Assembly: GCA_052168235.1 (NCBI GenBank) | Contig: JBQLZK010000001.1 | Location: 192,001-256,000, forward strand | Direction of reading: 5' to 3' | DNA length: 64,000 nt | Origin: Thainema sp. | GTDB taxonomy: Bacteria > Cyanobacteriota > Cyanobacteriia > Phormidesmidales > Phormidesmidaceae | Program-made: the position numbers and the translations under genes | Notes under the pieces: generated by a model | Seen by the model: the letters and a program-made list of their open reading frames with translations, nothing else | What the model was told of the DNA's origin: nothing | The model's database searches: none | Part shown: piece after piece, positions 39,146 through 49,023 of the stretch | How positions within the stretch are numbered: position 1 is the stretch's first letter | Layout: every line of letters begins with the position of its first letter

Positions 39146-39326
39146 TAAGTAGCTACATACAAACAAATGCGCATCTTATAGTGATTCCAGTTAAAAGTGA
39201 GAAAAAGAGAGAGGAGAGTGCCTCAGGATGAGGCACTCTCCTCTCTCTTTTTTATCTAGAACCGCTATAAAAAACCGGGGGGAAGTCCCGGTTTTTTAGA
39301 TGTGCTGATTTGTGCCAACCTACTTA
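39146..39326. mobile_element. Nested MITEs: TAAGTAGCT...CCAACCTACTTA element interrupted by a 93-bp TATAG..CTATA element (39177-39269)
   Basis: The outer part aligns with 25291-25390; the inner part is the inverted copy of 42940-43032. Confidence 0.75.
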
Positions 39327-39352
39327 GCCAATAAAAATTTGTCAGAAGAAGA

Positions 39353-39676
39353 TTAATCCCACACTTGGATTACATCACCATTGGGTCGAGTAATGGTGTA
39401 TGCCTCAAAATCCCCTTCATCATAAATACCTGTAACCGTGATCGATTCTCCCTCAGCTAAATTGGCACGACGTAGAGGGCGATCTTCTGCTTCAACTAAA
39501 ACTTGACCGCTATTTGTTTGCAGCAAAAATTCATCATCGCTGATGCCAATAATCTCACCTGAAATCTCCTGGCTGGCCAACCGACCACTATTAATTTGAG
39601 TTTGTGCCATGACCGGAATTGCTACTCCTAAACCAGCGGCAATCGCAGTCCCTAGCAGAATCGTTGATCGTTTCAT
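39353..39676 (-). CDS. Secreted OB-fold (YgiW/YdeI, BOF-like) protein
   Basis: Signal peptide (…VMAQ), ISGEI..ISDDEFLLQ..SGQVLVE...GESITVTG..DEGDFEA. Confidence 0.7.
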   Translation of the reverse strand: MKRSTILLGTAIAAGLGVAIPVMAQTQINSGRLASQEISGEIIGISDDEFLLQTNSGQVLVEAEDRPLRRANLAEGESITVTGIYDEGDFEAYTITRPNGDVIQVWD

Positions 39677-39756
39677 ATTGATTTTCCTCCGTTTGTTCAG
39701 GCAACAAATCGCTGAATAACCGCTAATTTTGCTGCTCTAGCTTTAGTTTGAAGGAT

Positions 39757-39777
39757 AAAGTTTACGCCAAGTTTTCA
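39757..39777 (-). promoter_or_regulatory. Conserved upstream motif, copy 1 (putative response-regulator site)
   Basis: Minus strand TGAAAACTTGGCGTAAACTTT; near-identical copy at 41635-41654. Confidence 0.55.
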
Positions 39778-39821
39778 TGTCTTTTTAGAGGATGGCAAAA
39801 TGCTCAGCACCGAATCTGAAA

Positions 39822-41144
39822 TTAATCATGCAGCGGCAGTGTGACTCGCACAGTTGTACCCTGATCAAGCTGACTGGACACCGCAATCTGTCCGTGATGG
39901 GCATGGATAATTTGCTCAACAATGGCTAAGCCTAAGCCAAAGCCGCCTGTGCGCCGCGATCGCGCTTTGTCTACTCGATAAAATCGTTCAAAAATATGCG
40001 GTAGCTGATCCGCATCGATGCCCATACCCGTGTCTTTTACCTGAATCACAGCAGTCCGATCCTGCCGCTGAGCGGATAGGTGAATACCGCCGGAAGCCGT
40101 ATATTGAATTGCATTGCTGAGCAAATTTGCGATCGCACGCTGCAAAAGGTCTGACTGCGCCTGAACATACAGCGGCGGTTCTGGTAGCGTCACAGCCCAG
40201 TCTAAGCTGCGATCGCGGGCTTGTTCGCGATAGTCTGCGGCTAAGTGCTGCAAGATTTGGATCAAGTCAACCGAGTGCAGGTGATCCGGGGAAAGCTTAC
40301 CTTCACTGCGGGCCAGCAGCAGCAAATCTCCCACCAGCTTCGCCATCGATTCGGCTCCCTGGATGATCTTCTCCAGCCGCAGCTTCTGCTCATCGGGATT
40401 GGCGAGATCCATCAGGCCAACCTGAGCATGATTAATAATCGCTGCCAGCGGCGTCCGTAATTCGTGCGAGGCATCACCCGTAAACTGTTGTAGCTGGTCA
40501 TAGGATTGGCGAATCGGCTGCATGGCCAAACCGCCTAGCATCCAGCCAATCCAGGTTACTAAGCCCAGTGTGACCACAACGGCAATTACCAAAACCAGAC
40601 GTAATTCCCAAAGGTCGGCTTCGATGGCCGTCAGTGGCGCAGCCACCTGCAAATAGCCAATCAAAACGTGATCTTCAAAAACGGGCAGGGTCAACTGCCG
40701 CAGCCGAGCGGGTCTATCCTGAGACGAGTTAATCTGAGCAGGTGCAGCTTGAAAGGGAGGGATTTGAGCAGGTGCGATCGCACGATGCTTAATCGTGGCA
40801 AATCCAAATCCATCTTCGATGCGCTCCGGTGGAATCGGCCCATAGAACTGGATCAGCTCCTGATCGGGGCCATACCAGCGGGCATAGACCAGCACCGTCG
40901 GAAACGGGAGCGCCTCTTCCCCCAAAATCGGCACGTCTTCCAAATCTACCCGCTGCCGATCTTGATAGCTGCCATCCTCAACCGCTGCGGCCATCAGTTG
41001 ACAGATCTCATAGAGTCGCTGGTCTAAAACCTGCCGCTGATCCTGCGCCTCCACGACGTAAATCACACCCGCAAAGCCGATTAGCACACTGCCCATCGAC
41101 ACCGTAAACCAACTGGCTAAATTTTCACGGCTTCGACGAAACAT
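39822..41144 (-). CDS. Two-component sensor histidine kinase, RppB/CopS-like
   Basis: MFRRSR..LA.WF N-terminus, two TM helices, QFTGDASHELRTPL, NLLSNAIQYT, FERFYRVDKARSR.TGGFGLGL. Confidence 0.9.
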   Translation of the reverse strand: MFRRSRENLASWFTVSMGSVLIGFAGVIYVVEAQDQRQVLDQRLYEICQLMAAAVEDGSYQDRQRVDLEDVPILGEEALPFPTVLVYARWYGPDQELIQFYGPIPPERIEDGFGFATIKHRAIAPAQIPPFQAAPAQINSSQDRPARLRQLTLPVFEDHVLIGYLQVAAPLTAIEADLWELRLVLVIAVVVTLGLVTWIGWMLGGLAMQPIRQSYDQLQQFTGDASHELRTPLAAIINHAQVGLMDLANPDEQKLRLEKIIQGAESMAKLVGDLLLLARSEGKLSPDHLHSVDLIQILQHLAADYREQARDRSLDWAVTLPEPPLYVQAQSDLLQRAIANLLSNAIQYTASGGIHLSAQRQDRTAVIQVKDTGMGIDADQLPHIFERFYRVDKARSRRTGGFGLGLAIVEQIIHAHHGQIAVSSQLDQGTTVRVTLPLHD

Positions 41145-41181
41145 ATTCGATGGCCCATATTCATAGCCCTCAGAGGCTCGA

Positions 41182-41535
41182 TCATATCAGTGCTTCAACT
41201 CGGTGTAGCAAATCCTGAAAGCGAAACGGTTTCATTAAGTAGTCACTCGCACCATAGCGATCGCTGAGCCGTCGATAATTTGGATCATCATAGGCAGTAA
41301 GAATCACAATTGGCTGGTTTAATCCCGCCTCTCGCATCTCTTTCAACAGCGACAAGCCGTCCTGATGTGGCAGACCCAAATCCAGCAAAATCAGGTCAAA
41401 CGTTTCTTGACAGGAGAGATGCCACGCCTCACAGCCATCCTGCGCAATGGTGATACAGTGCCCGTTTTGCCGTAACCCTTTGGCAATAAACGTGGCAATC
41501 CGAGGCTCATCTTCAATGATCAAGATTTGGCTCAT
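41182..41535 (-). CDS. Single-domain response regulator (receiver only)
   Basis: ILIIEDE, LLDLGLP, ILTA, KPF; no output domain. Confidence 0.88.
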   Translation of the reverse strand: MSQILIIEDEPRIATFIAKGLRQNGHCITIAQDGCEAWHLSCQETFDLILLDLGLPHQDGLSLLKEMREAGLNQPIVILTAYDDPNYRRLSDRYGASDYLMKPFRFQDLLHRVEALI

Positions 41536-41634
41536 AGCAGATCTCCACTGCAATCGCTTGCGATCGCAAATGACGTTGCATGGTTTGTTGCATGGTTTAC
41601 TGATACAGCGGTTCAGCTCTCATCATGAATCATC

Positions 41635-41654
41635 AAAGTTACACCAAGTTTTCA
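41635..41654 (-). promoter_or_regulatory. Conserved upstream motif, copy 2
   Basis: Minus strand TGAAAACTTGGTGTAACTTT. Confidence 0.55.
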
Positions 41655-41695
41655 GCCCTGCATCTTAAATTCGTGTCGGTGAAGTTTATATCCAA

Positions 41696-42370
41696 CTATT
41701 CCAGAGGCGCTAGCTTGTATCCCATGCCGTATACCGTTTGTAGCCAGTCTTCTGCCTGTAAGGTCTGCAATCGCTGACGCACACGATGCACCAGCGTAGC
41801 GACGGCTTTACTTTCGGGCATCGTGTCCCACTCCCATAGCGCCTGCTCAATTTGGTCGCGGCTGAGTACCTGGCGGGGATGTCGCATCAGATATTCCATG
41901 AGCTGAAATTCGCGACCGGACAGAACAATCTGCTGGGCTTGCCGCTCCAGCACGAGCGTATCAAGGTGGAGCTGCAAATCCTCAAGCTGTAAGACATCAC
42001 CCTGCCAGATCGGCGCACGACGCCCCAAGGCCCGCACCCGCGCCAGCAGTTCCAATCCATTAATCGGTTTCACTAAATAATCGTCTGCACCGACGTCTAA
42101 CCCAGTCACCTTATCTGAGATCGCATCTTTGGCGGTCAAAATCAGCACGGGTGCCGTCCCACCGGATTGTCGATACAGTTCACACAGCCGAATACCGCTC
42201 ACTTCTGGCAGCAGCCAATCCAAAATCAGCAGATCATAATTGCGATCGCAGATTAACTGTTGAGCAGTAGCCCCATTATCAATGCCGTCTACCACATGTC
42301 CCGATTTAGTCAAAATGGCATGCAGGGGTTCGAGCTGTTCTGGATCATCTTCAACCAGCAGGATTCTCAT
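41696..42370 (-). CDS. OmpR-family response regulator, RppA-like
   Basis: MRILLVEDD, LDWLLP, GLDVGADDYLVKP, winged helix ending TVYGMGY. Confidence 0.92.
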   Translation of the reverse strand: MRILLVEDDPEQLEPLHAILTKSGHVVDGIDNGATAQQLICDRNYDLLILDWLLPEVSGIRLCELYRQSGGTAPVLILTAKDAISDKVTGLDVGADDYLVKPINGLELLARVRALGRRAPIWQGDVLQLEDLQLHLDTLVLERQAQQIVLSGREFQLMEYLMRHPRQVLSRDQIEQALWEWDTMPESKAVATLVHRVRQRLQTLQAEDWLQTVYGMGYKLAPLE

Positions 42371-42469
42371 AGCATTCAGTAACGGATTCTGAATCAGTGC
42401 AGTTTTCAATGCAGTTCCATTGGTGCCGCCCGATTAGCCTTATTGTAGAGATTTCAGGAGGGGATAACG

Positions 42470-42895
42470 ATGTGGTTTGATCTAAATCTGCGATCGCGTT
42501 TTCGTCGGTTAAATATTCGATATCTTAGCCAACTACATCTTGGCCAATTACGAATTTGGTTCCTTCTGCCAGTAGTTGGACTCGTGGTTTGGTTAAGCGC
42601 CGGATTGCTGTCGCAACAGGTCTTGTCCTACAGCTACGAAATCTCAACACAGCTCCAGTCAGAACAGCCACAGGTGGAACTGACTTGGCAGGTAACGGTC
42701 GTTGCCATTGAAGCGGCCATTGATCGACGTGAAGGAGCCACAGAAGTAACGGTGAGAACCGCTCATCCAGTGCTGAAAGAACTGGAGTTAGATTTACCTG
42801 TAATTGAATTTGCTGAGATTGAAACGGCTCTCGCCACAGAACTGCGCTTGCCCCAAACCACAATTAAACAACTGGTTCGCTATCGGCTTGATTAG
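42470..42895 (+). CDS. Hypothetical membrane-anchored protein divergent from the response regulator
   Basis: AGGAG RBS, one TM helix, C-terminal beta-rich part. Confidence 0.7.
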   Translation: MWFDLNLRSRFRRLNIRYLSQLHLGQLRIWFLLPVVGLVVWLSAGLLSQQVLSYSYEISTQLQSEQPQVELTWQVTVVAIEAAIDRREGATEVTVRTAHPVLKELELDLPVIEFAEIETALATELRLPQTTIKQLVRYRLD

Positions 42896-42939
42896 GTGGT
42901 ACTTCTCAACCTGTCATGATTGTTGTATGTAGCTACTTA

Positions 42940-43032
42940 TATAGCGGTTCTAGATAAGAACGAGAGAGGAGAGTGCCTCAGGCTGAGGCACTCTCCTCTC
43001 TCGTTCTCTCACTCTTAACTGGAATCACTATA
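42940..43032. mobile_element. 93-bp MITE, inverted copy of 39177-39269
   Basis: TATAGCGGTTCTAGATAA...GAGAGAGGAGAGTGCCTCA-GGC-TGAGGCACTCTCCTCTCTC...AACTGGAATCACTATA; preceded by GTATGTAGCTACTTA, the end of the second MITE family. Confidence 0.8.
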
Positions 43033-43192
43033 AGTCTGTAAATCTGAAGCTTAGGCTAGATGCTTGATGTAAGCCGAAACGGGTAGGATTTAGCTTGTTT
43101 TCTATATTAATGCGTGGTTTAAAGCCACTACGAATGCTCGATGGCTACAATCCGAGTATTAAAAGCCGTTTTAGAAATTTCTAGTCGATAAT

Positions 43193-44791
43193 ATGCAAAC
43201 CCTGGAAACCCCTGTCACGCAGCGCATCCAACTCTTTCGACAGCTTCAGACCCAACTGCGGGAGCGTTGGCAAACCATTGAGCAGTTTGATCGCAGCGAT
43301 TGTGACATTTTGATTGTGCCGTCCTTGAGTTTGGATCAGGAGGAACTAACCAAAATCAAGGGGATTTGCTATTACGAAGAGCGGCTGTTGTTCTCACTGA
43401 TTCGGCTCCGCAATCCCCGCACGCGGTTAATCTACGTGACATCACAGCCGATTCATCCCAGCATTATTGATTACTACTTAGAGCTGCTACACGGGATCCC
43501 CTTTTCCCACGCCCGTGATCGCCTGATGCTGTTATCGGCCTATGACACTTCACCGCGATCGCTGAGTGAAAAAATTCTCGAGCGCCCCCGCTTAATTGAG
43601 CGAATTCGGCGTTCGCTGCGGCGCGATCGCGCTTATATGGTTTGCTTTAATTCCACCCAGCTAGAACGAGAACTATCGATTGAATTGAATCTACCGCTCT
43701 ATGCGCTCGATCCGGATTTGCTGGAGTTGGGCACCAAAAGCGGCAGTCGCGCCATCTTTGCTGAAAGCGGCATTCCTCATCCCGATGGTAGTCATCTCGT
43801 TCACACTGCTCAGGATTTGGCGGTCGAGACGAGTAAGCTCTGGGAGCGTCAGCCCCACTTGCAGCGGATTGTGGTCAAGCTCGATGAGGGATTTTCTGGT
43901 CAGGGCAATGCGCTGATGAATTTGCAACCGCTAGCTCATGTCGCACCGCATCAAGTGTCTCATAAGGAGCGAGTGGCTGAAATTTTACCCGCATTTGAAC
44001 ATTTAAGTTTTCAATCTGACACCGAAACTTGGCAGCATTTTGGCGGACGTATTCCCGAACTCGGTGCGATCGCAGAAGCGTTTATAGAAGGAGACCAAAA
44101 GCGATCGCCTAGTGTTCAGGGCCGGATTACGCCGGTGGGCGACGTGGAAATCCTGTCTACTCATGACCAGATTTTAGGCGGCCCCGATGGTCAAATTTTC
44201 TTGGGCTGCTCGTTTCCAGCGGATGAAGCTTATCGGCTATCGCTGCAAAAAATGGGGATGCGAGTTGGGCAAACTCTCGCAGACAAAGGTGCTCTGGGTC
44301 GCTATAGCGTTGATTTTCTAGCGATTCCTCGACAAGATGGCAATCGGACGGAGTGGGATTTACAGGCAATTGAAATCAACTTACGCATGGGCGGCACGAC
44401 GCATCCTTTCATGGCGCTGAAGCTGTTGACGAATGGTCGCTATGAGCCGTCAACGGGGCTGTTCTACAATCAGCAAGGCCATCCCAAATACTACATCGCC
44501 TCTGACAACTTGCAGAAAGAGCGCTATCGGGGACTGCTGCCCAGCGATCTGATGGACATCATGGTGGAACATCAGCTTCACTTCAATACGGGCACCGAAA
44601 CGGGATCTGTTTTCCACCTGATCGGCTGTCTGTCGGAGTTTGGCAAATTGGGCTTGACTAGTATCGGCAACTCACCCCAGCAGGCCGAGGATTTGTATAA
44701 CCAAATTATTCAAGTTCTCGACGACGAAACGCGATCGCAACGGCCAATCGATGCCGCCAATCCTCACAATTGTCTCGGTTGGAATGCCTAA
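43193..44791 (+). CDS. Peptide ligase PGM1-related ATP-grasp protein
   Basis: YEERLLFSLIRL, VVKLDEGFSGQGNA, SPSVQ, STHDQILGG, EINLRMGGTTHP. Confidence 0.82.
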   Translation: MQTLETPVTQRIQLFRQLQTQLRERWQTIEQFDRSDCDILIVPSLSLDQEELTKIKGICYYEERLLFSLIRLRNPRTRLIYVTSQPIHPSIIDYYLELLHGIPFSHARDRLMLLSAYDTSPRSLSEKILERPRLIERIRRSLRRDRAYMVCFNSTQLERELSIELNLPLYALDPDLLELGTKSGSRAIFAESGIPHPDGSHLVHTAQDLAVETSKLWERQPHLQRIVVKLDEGFSGQGNALMNLQPLAHVAPHQVSHKERVAEILPAFEHLSFQSDTETWQHFGGRIPELGAIAEAFIEGDQKRSPSVQGRITPVGDVEILSTHDQILGGPDGQIFLGCSFPADEAYRLSLQKMGMRVGQTLADKGALGRYSVDFLAIPRQDGNRTEWDLQAIEINLRMGGTTHPFMALKLLTNGRYEPSTGLFYNQQGHPKYYIASDNLQKERYRGLLPSDLMDIMVEHQLHFNTGTETGSVFHLIGCLSEFGKLGLTSIGNSPQQAEDLYNQIIQVLDDETRSQRPIDAANPHNCLGWNA

Positions 44792-44986
44792 CGGTTGTAA
44801 TAGCAATTGGGCCGCCATATCGCGGCGACCCAGTTGCGCTTAGTTTGAGTAAAAAGTCAGAGTCTATTGATATCTGCTGCGATTCTCTATTTTTGAATGC
44901 CTGGCTTGGATGTGTACTATAAAGATTGAACAAACGTTAAGTAAATCTTTAGTCGCTGCTGTTAGCCAACGCGAGTAGGTATTTTC

Positions 44987-47200
44987 ATGACCGCAACCCC
45001 ATCCACATCTCCAACTACGATGCCTGACTTCTGCACAGGAATTCAATACTTTGGAGACGTTCCACCTCAGTTTGAAAAGTATGGTCAAACTCCAGTCATT
45101 GCTGAAGGCCAAACTGCGATCGCAGATCCGACTGACACCGCAGCCGTTTATCAAACCCTACTCGCTGCCGATGCCCTGCGCTATCTAACCCTTCAGGTAA
45201 CAGCTAGCAAGGCGTCTGGCCACCCTGGTGGTTTTGCCAGTTCGGTGGAAGCCTATGTGTCGTTACTGATGCTGGGCCACAAGAATATCAATACCGAAGT
45301 CGGCCACCACGCACCGGGCTTCTACAGCGCCATGTTCATGGATCGCTCCCTGGAAGACATGGAGATCAGCACCGTCCAGCAGTTGCGCGATCGCTTCCGG
45401 GAAAAGCATGGTTTGTTGGGCCACTTGTCGGGCTATATCCCCGGTATTTTGGCTCCGGCTGGCCCACTCGGTCAGGGACAACATTTTGCAATGGCCTCGG
45501 CGCTGCTGCATCAGGGCACGCTGTTTCCCTTTACCCTGGGAGACGGTGGCCTGGGTGAACCCTACATCATGAGCGGCATTGGCCATTTCCATACGGCCTA
45601 TCCGCAGGTGACGAACTTCCTGCCCGTCTTGGTCTGGAACGGCTACAGCCAAGAGCACCACAGCATGGTGTCCACCCAATCCAACGAGCACATGATTGCC
45701 TACTGGAAAGGCAACGGCTTTGACAACGTGATTTTGGTGGATGCCAAAGACTACGACGACCAAGATCAGCCGGGAGCCTACGTAGACAGCACTACCTTCT
45801 CATTCGAAAAGCGCATGGAGTTTACCCAAGCGGTTCTCAGCGCCGCCGACCAAGCGGCAAAATCGGCTCTGGGTGGTCAGCTGACAGTCTTCATCATCAA
45901 ACAGCTCAAAGGCGCAGGCGTTCACGATCGTGGTTCTAAATCCCATAACCTCTACGCCCACCACACGCTGGACAATCCCGATATTATCGCCGCACTAAAA
46001 ACTCGCGCTCTGCCTGCTGATGCATGGCAGCTTGTCCGCACCAATCTAGAACGCGCTGGCGGCGGCCCAGCCGCTAAGGTTGCCACCACGGAATCCACTC
46101 GTTCGTTACCAGAACTGAACGATATTCCGATGGAAGAGTATGCGCTGGGTGGTGAACCGAAAGTCGCAACCACCGCCATGGGACAGATGATCGCAGAAGT
46201 CGGAAAACGCGATCGCAGTTTTGTCTTAACCAATGCGGACGGCAATGCCGCATCGGGCATCAACAATGTCAACCAGGCGCTGAAGATCATTCACCCCACC
46301 GTTGACGAAACCTACTTTCAGCAGCCTCAAGGCCAGGTTTACGAACCACTGAGTGAAGATGCTTGTGCCGGATTAGCTGCAGGTTTGGCGCTGATGGGTG
46401 GCCGCACCGTCTGGTGTTCCTATGAATCCTTTGCCGTGAACGGTCTACCGATTTGGCAAACCGTAACCCAGGCAATGGCCGAACTGCGCCGTCCCACACC
46501 GTCTACAGTAACGCTGTTTACCGCTGGAGCACTGGAGCAGGGCCGTAACGGTTGGACACACCAGCGGCCTGAAATCGAAGCCTATTTCGCGGCCATGATG
46601 CGAAATGGCAACATTTTTCCGCTATTCCCACCCGATGCCAACAGCATTCAGGCTTGCTACGAGTGGGCATTGAAAACTCGCAATAAGGGGGTCGTGATTA
46701 CGGCTAGCAAATCACCGCTGCCGATTCGCACCACCTTTGATCAAACGCGGCAGGCACTAGAAGATGGAGCAGTAAAGCTGCAAGAAATTGCGGGTGAAAA
46801 AACGGTTGTCTTTGCGGTGATTGGTGACATGACGCTGCTGCCTGTGTTTGAGGCAGCTGCCTTCTTAGAAACCGAAGGAATTGGGGTACGGATTGTGTCA
46901 ATTGTCAGTCCCCGTCGCCTGTTCCGCCCTTCAGATGTAGCCTGGGATACCTGCGCTGAGTCCGATGGCGGCTTTTTGAGCGATGAAAAATTCGAGCAAC
47001 TTTTTGGTGGAGATGCTTTAGTTGGCGTAACGGGGGGTGCAAGTGCTACGCTAGAGCCAGTAATGCTTCGCAGTTCAGCTCGTCGAGATGTATTTGCCTG
47101 GAAACGGGGTGAAACGACCGCTAGCGCGGGTCAAATCATGAGTTTCAACGGTATCACAGCGGATGCTTTGACGAAGCGAGCGATTGAACTGCTTCACTAA
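44987..47200 (+). CDS. ThDP-dependent phosphoketolase/transketolase-like enzyme
   Basis: SGHPGG, GHHAPG, GPLGQG, ThDP motif GDGG...NG, RNGWTHQRP. Confidence 0.82.
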   Translation: MTATPSTSPTTMPDFCTGIQYFGDVPPQFEKYGQTPVIAEGQTAIADPTDTAAVYQTLLAADALRYLTLQVTASKASGHPGGFASSVEAYVSLLMLGHKNINTEVGHHAPGFYSAMFMDRSLEDMEISTVQQLRDRFREKHGLLGHLSGYIPGILAPAGPLGQGQHFAMASALLHQGTLFPFTLGDGGLGEPYIMSGIGHFHTAYPQVTNFLPVLVWNGYSQEHHSMVSTQSNEHMIAYWKGNGFDNVILVDAKDYDDQDQPGAYVDSTTFSFEKRMEFTQAVLSAADQAAKSALGGQLTVFIIKQLKGAGVHDRGSKSHNLYAHHTLDNPDIIAALKTRALPADAWQLVRTNLERAGGGPAAKVATTESTRSLPELNDIPMEEYALGGEPKVATTAMGQMIAEVGKRDRSFVLTNADGNAASGINNVNQALKIIHPTVDETYFQQPQGQVYEPLSEDACAGLAAGLALMGGRTVWCSYESFAVNGLPIWQTVTQAMAELRRPTPSTVTLFTAGALEQGRNGWTHQRPEIEAYFAAMMRNGNIFPLFPPDANSIQACYEWALKTRNKGVVITASKSPLPIRTTFDQTRQALEDGAVKLQEIAGEKTVVFAVIGDMTLLPVFEAAAFLETEGIGVRIVSIVSPRRLFRPSDVAWDTCAESDGGFLSDEKFEQLFGGDALVGVTGGASATLEPVMLRSSARRDVFAWKRGETTASAGQIMSFNGITADALTKRAIELLH

Positions 47201-47311
47201 GTGCATCTAGATTTTGAAGACTCTTTCAGTCTTACGAGACAATCCAATCTAGGTTTTCATCCTGAGTGAATCCTGAGAGTTGATCAGGATATCGGTTTCT
47301 AACTTCCTTGA

Positions 47312-47341
47312 GGGGTGGGCGGTCACGCTCACCTTTTTTTG
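47312..47341 (+). terminator. Intrinsic terminator after phosphoketolase-like gene
   Basis: GGGGTGGGCG-GTCA-CGCTCACC followed by T-run. Confidence 0.7.
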
Positions 47342-47637
47342 TCTTTCACCGGATTAGCATTGTTTAATCTGGAATTGCAAATTGATCATCCCGCTGGCTG
47401 AGCTGAATTAAGTAAGCTGTCGCCCCAGTCCTGCTTGTATGATGCCCATTTTTGATCAGTATTCGATCAGGTCATGCAACTCAACAGCAAAAGGGATTGC
47501 ACATCCATAACGTGGTAGTACAATCCCTTTTAGGCCTCGGATTCACAAGATATCGGCTCAGTATTGAGCGTCGGGCTTCTGAGTGAAACTAAAACTCGAT
47601 TTCAGATGTAGCTTCCTCAAAACGAACAGTCGGTTAG

Positions 47638-49023
47638 TTATCGTCCGCCGACCACAACATTTTGAATTCGTACCGGAGGGCCACCCACGCTGACGGGGAG
47701 GGGGGATTGACCGCCCTTGCCGCAACCGCCATTGGTGTAGATGGATTCTTCGCCGATGGCGTCGATATCTTTCAGGGTTTGGAAAACATTGCCACTGAGG
47801 GTGACATCGCTGACGGGTTCAGCAATCTCGCCGTTGCGGATCATGTAGCCCTCTGCCGCCGCAAAAGTGAACATTTCGCCATTGGTTTGTCCACCCAGCA
47901 TCCGAACCGCGTAGACACCTTCGTCGATTTCGCTAATCATGTCGTGAACCGAGCGATCGCCTGACGCGATCCCCGTATTCGTCATTCGCACAATCGGCGG
48001 ATAAGTGGCGCTGAGGGCGCGGGCATTCCCCGTTGGTCGCTCCTGCATTTTGCCAGCCGTTTCGCGATTGTGCAGTCGCTGGGTCAAAACGCCGTTTTGG
48101 ATCAGATACTTGCGCTGAGCTGGAACTCCCTCATCGTCGTATTTTAGTGACCCTGGCAGATTGGGCATCGTGGCATCGTCCACGACATTGAGCTGCGGAA
48201 TGGCCACCTGTTTACCCAGCGTCAACAGCTCCTGCATACGGGGATTTTCATAGACAAAGTCGGCCTCTGACAAATGCCCAAATGCCTCATGAATAAAGAC
48301 ACCCGCCAAATAGGGATCGAGAATAACCGTGTATTGACCACCTTTGACAGGCTTAGCTTCAAGCTGACGAATGGCTCGCTGAGCCGCTGCTTCAACTCGG
48401 TCGTCAATGCCCAGCAAAATATCGTAGTCTAAGCGCGAGTGCACCGATTCATAGCCCTGGCGGACAACGCCATCTTCGCCGCGAGCCACCACGCCAAAGC
48501 CGCCCGAAATATCCAGCCGCTCCTGCACAATGCAGCTTCCGGTTGAATTCACGAAATAGGACGTAGCAAAGCGATCGCGATAGCTGGCCATCGTGGTTTG
48601 GATGCGCGGATCGATTTCCAGTAAAAGCTGGTTGTAGCGTTCGACCAACTGCTGCTTTTCACCTAGGCTGATGCCGCGCGGATCGCGACCTAGCTCCACT
48701 TTCACCACATCTTCAATCGGATCAATCTCAGCCAGATAGGTCTTGTCGCTGCCGATCAGCTTTGCCTGCTGAATCGCTTCTTCAATCCGAGACGTTAGCT
48801 CACTCAGCCCATTGAACGTGACAAAGCTCCAGCCTCCCTTATGACAGGCGCGAATGCCGCCCGCCAACCCAAAGCTACGGTTCACCCCATCCAACTGCGG
48901 CCCCCGATAGGCAATGGAACTCGATTCGCTTTGTTCAAGCCGGACTTCCAGATAATCAACCTGACTGCGATATGGCGCGATCGCATCAACAATCTGATCT
49001 TGAATCGAGGTGGTTGTGAGCAT
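47638..49023 (-). CDS. tldD: TldD family metalloprotease
   Basis: FIHEAFGHLSEAD (HExxxH), YDDEG, VRMTNT, GGCGKGGQ.P.PVS.GGP. Confidence 0.92.
   Translation of the reverse strand: MLTTTSIQDQIVDAIAPYRSQVDYLEVRLEQSESSSIAYRGPQLDGVNRSFGLAGGIRACHKGGWSFVTFNGLSELTSRIEEAIQQAKLIGSDKTYLAEIDPIEDVVKVELGRDPRGISLGEKQQLVERYNQLLLEIDPRIQTTMASYRDRFATSYFVNSTGSCIVQERLDISGGFGVVARGEDGVVRQGYESVHSRLDYDILLGIDDRVEAAAQRAIRQLEAKPVKGGQYTVILDPYLAGVFIHEAFGHLSEADFVYENPRMQELLTLGKQVAIPQLNVVDDATMPNLPGSLKYDDEGVPAQRKYLIQNGVLTQRLHNRETAGKMQERPTGNARALSATYPPIVRMTNTGIASGDRSVHDMISEIDEGVYAVRMLGGQTNGEMFTFAAAEGYMIRNGEIAEPVSDVTLSGNVFQTLKDIDAIGEESIYTNGGCGKGGQSPLPVSVGGPPVRIQNVVVGGR

Noticed and set aside
43193..49023. RiPP cluster of ATP-grasp ligase plus TldD
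   Set aside because: The genes are on opposite strands, separated by a phosphoketolase-like gene and terminator, with no precursor, transporter or tldE; most likely coincidental.
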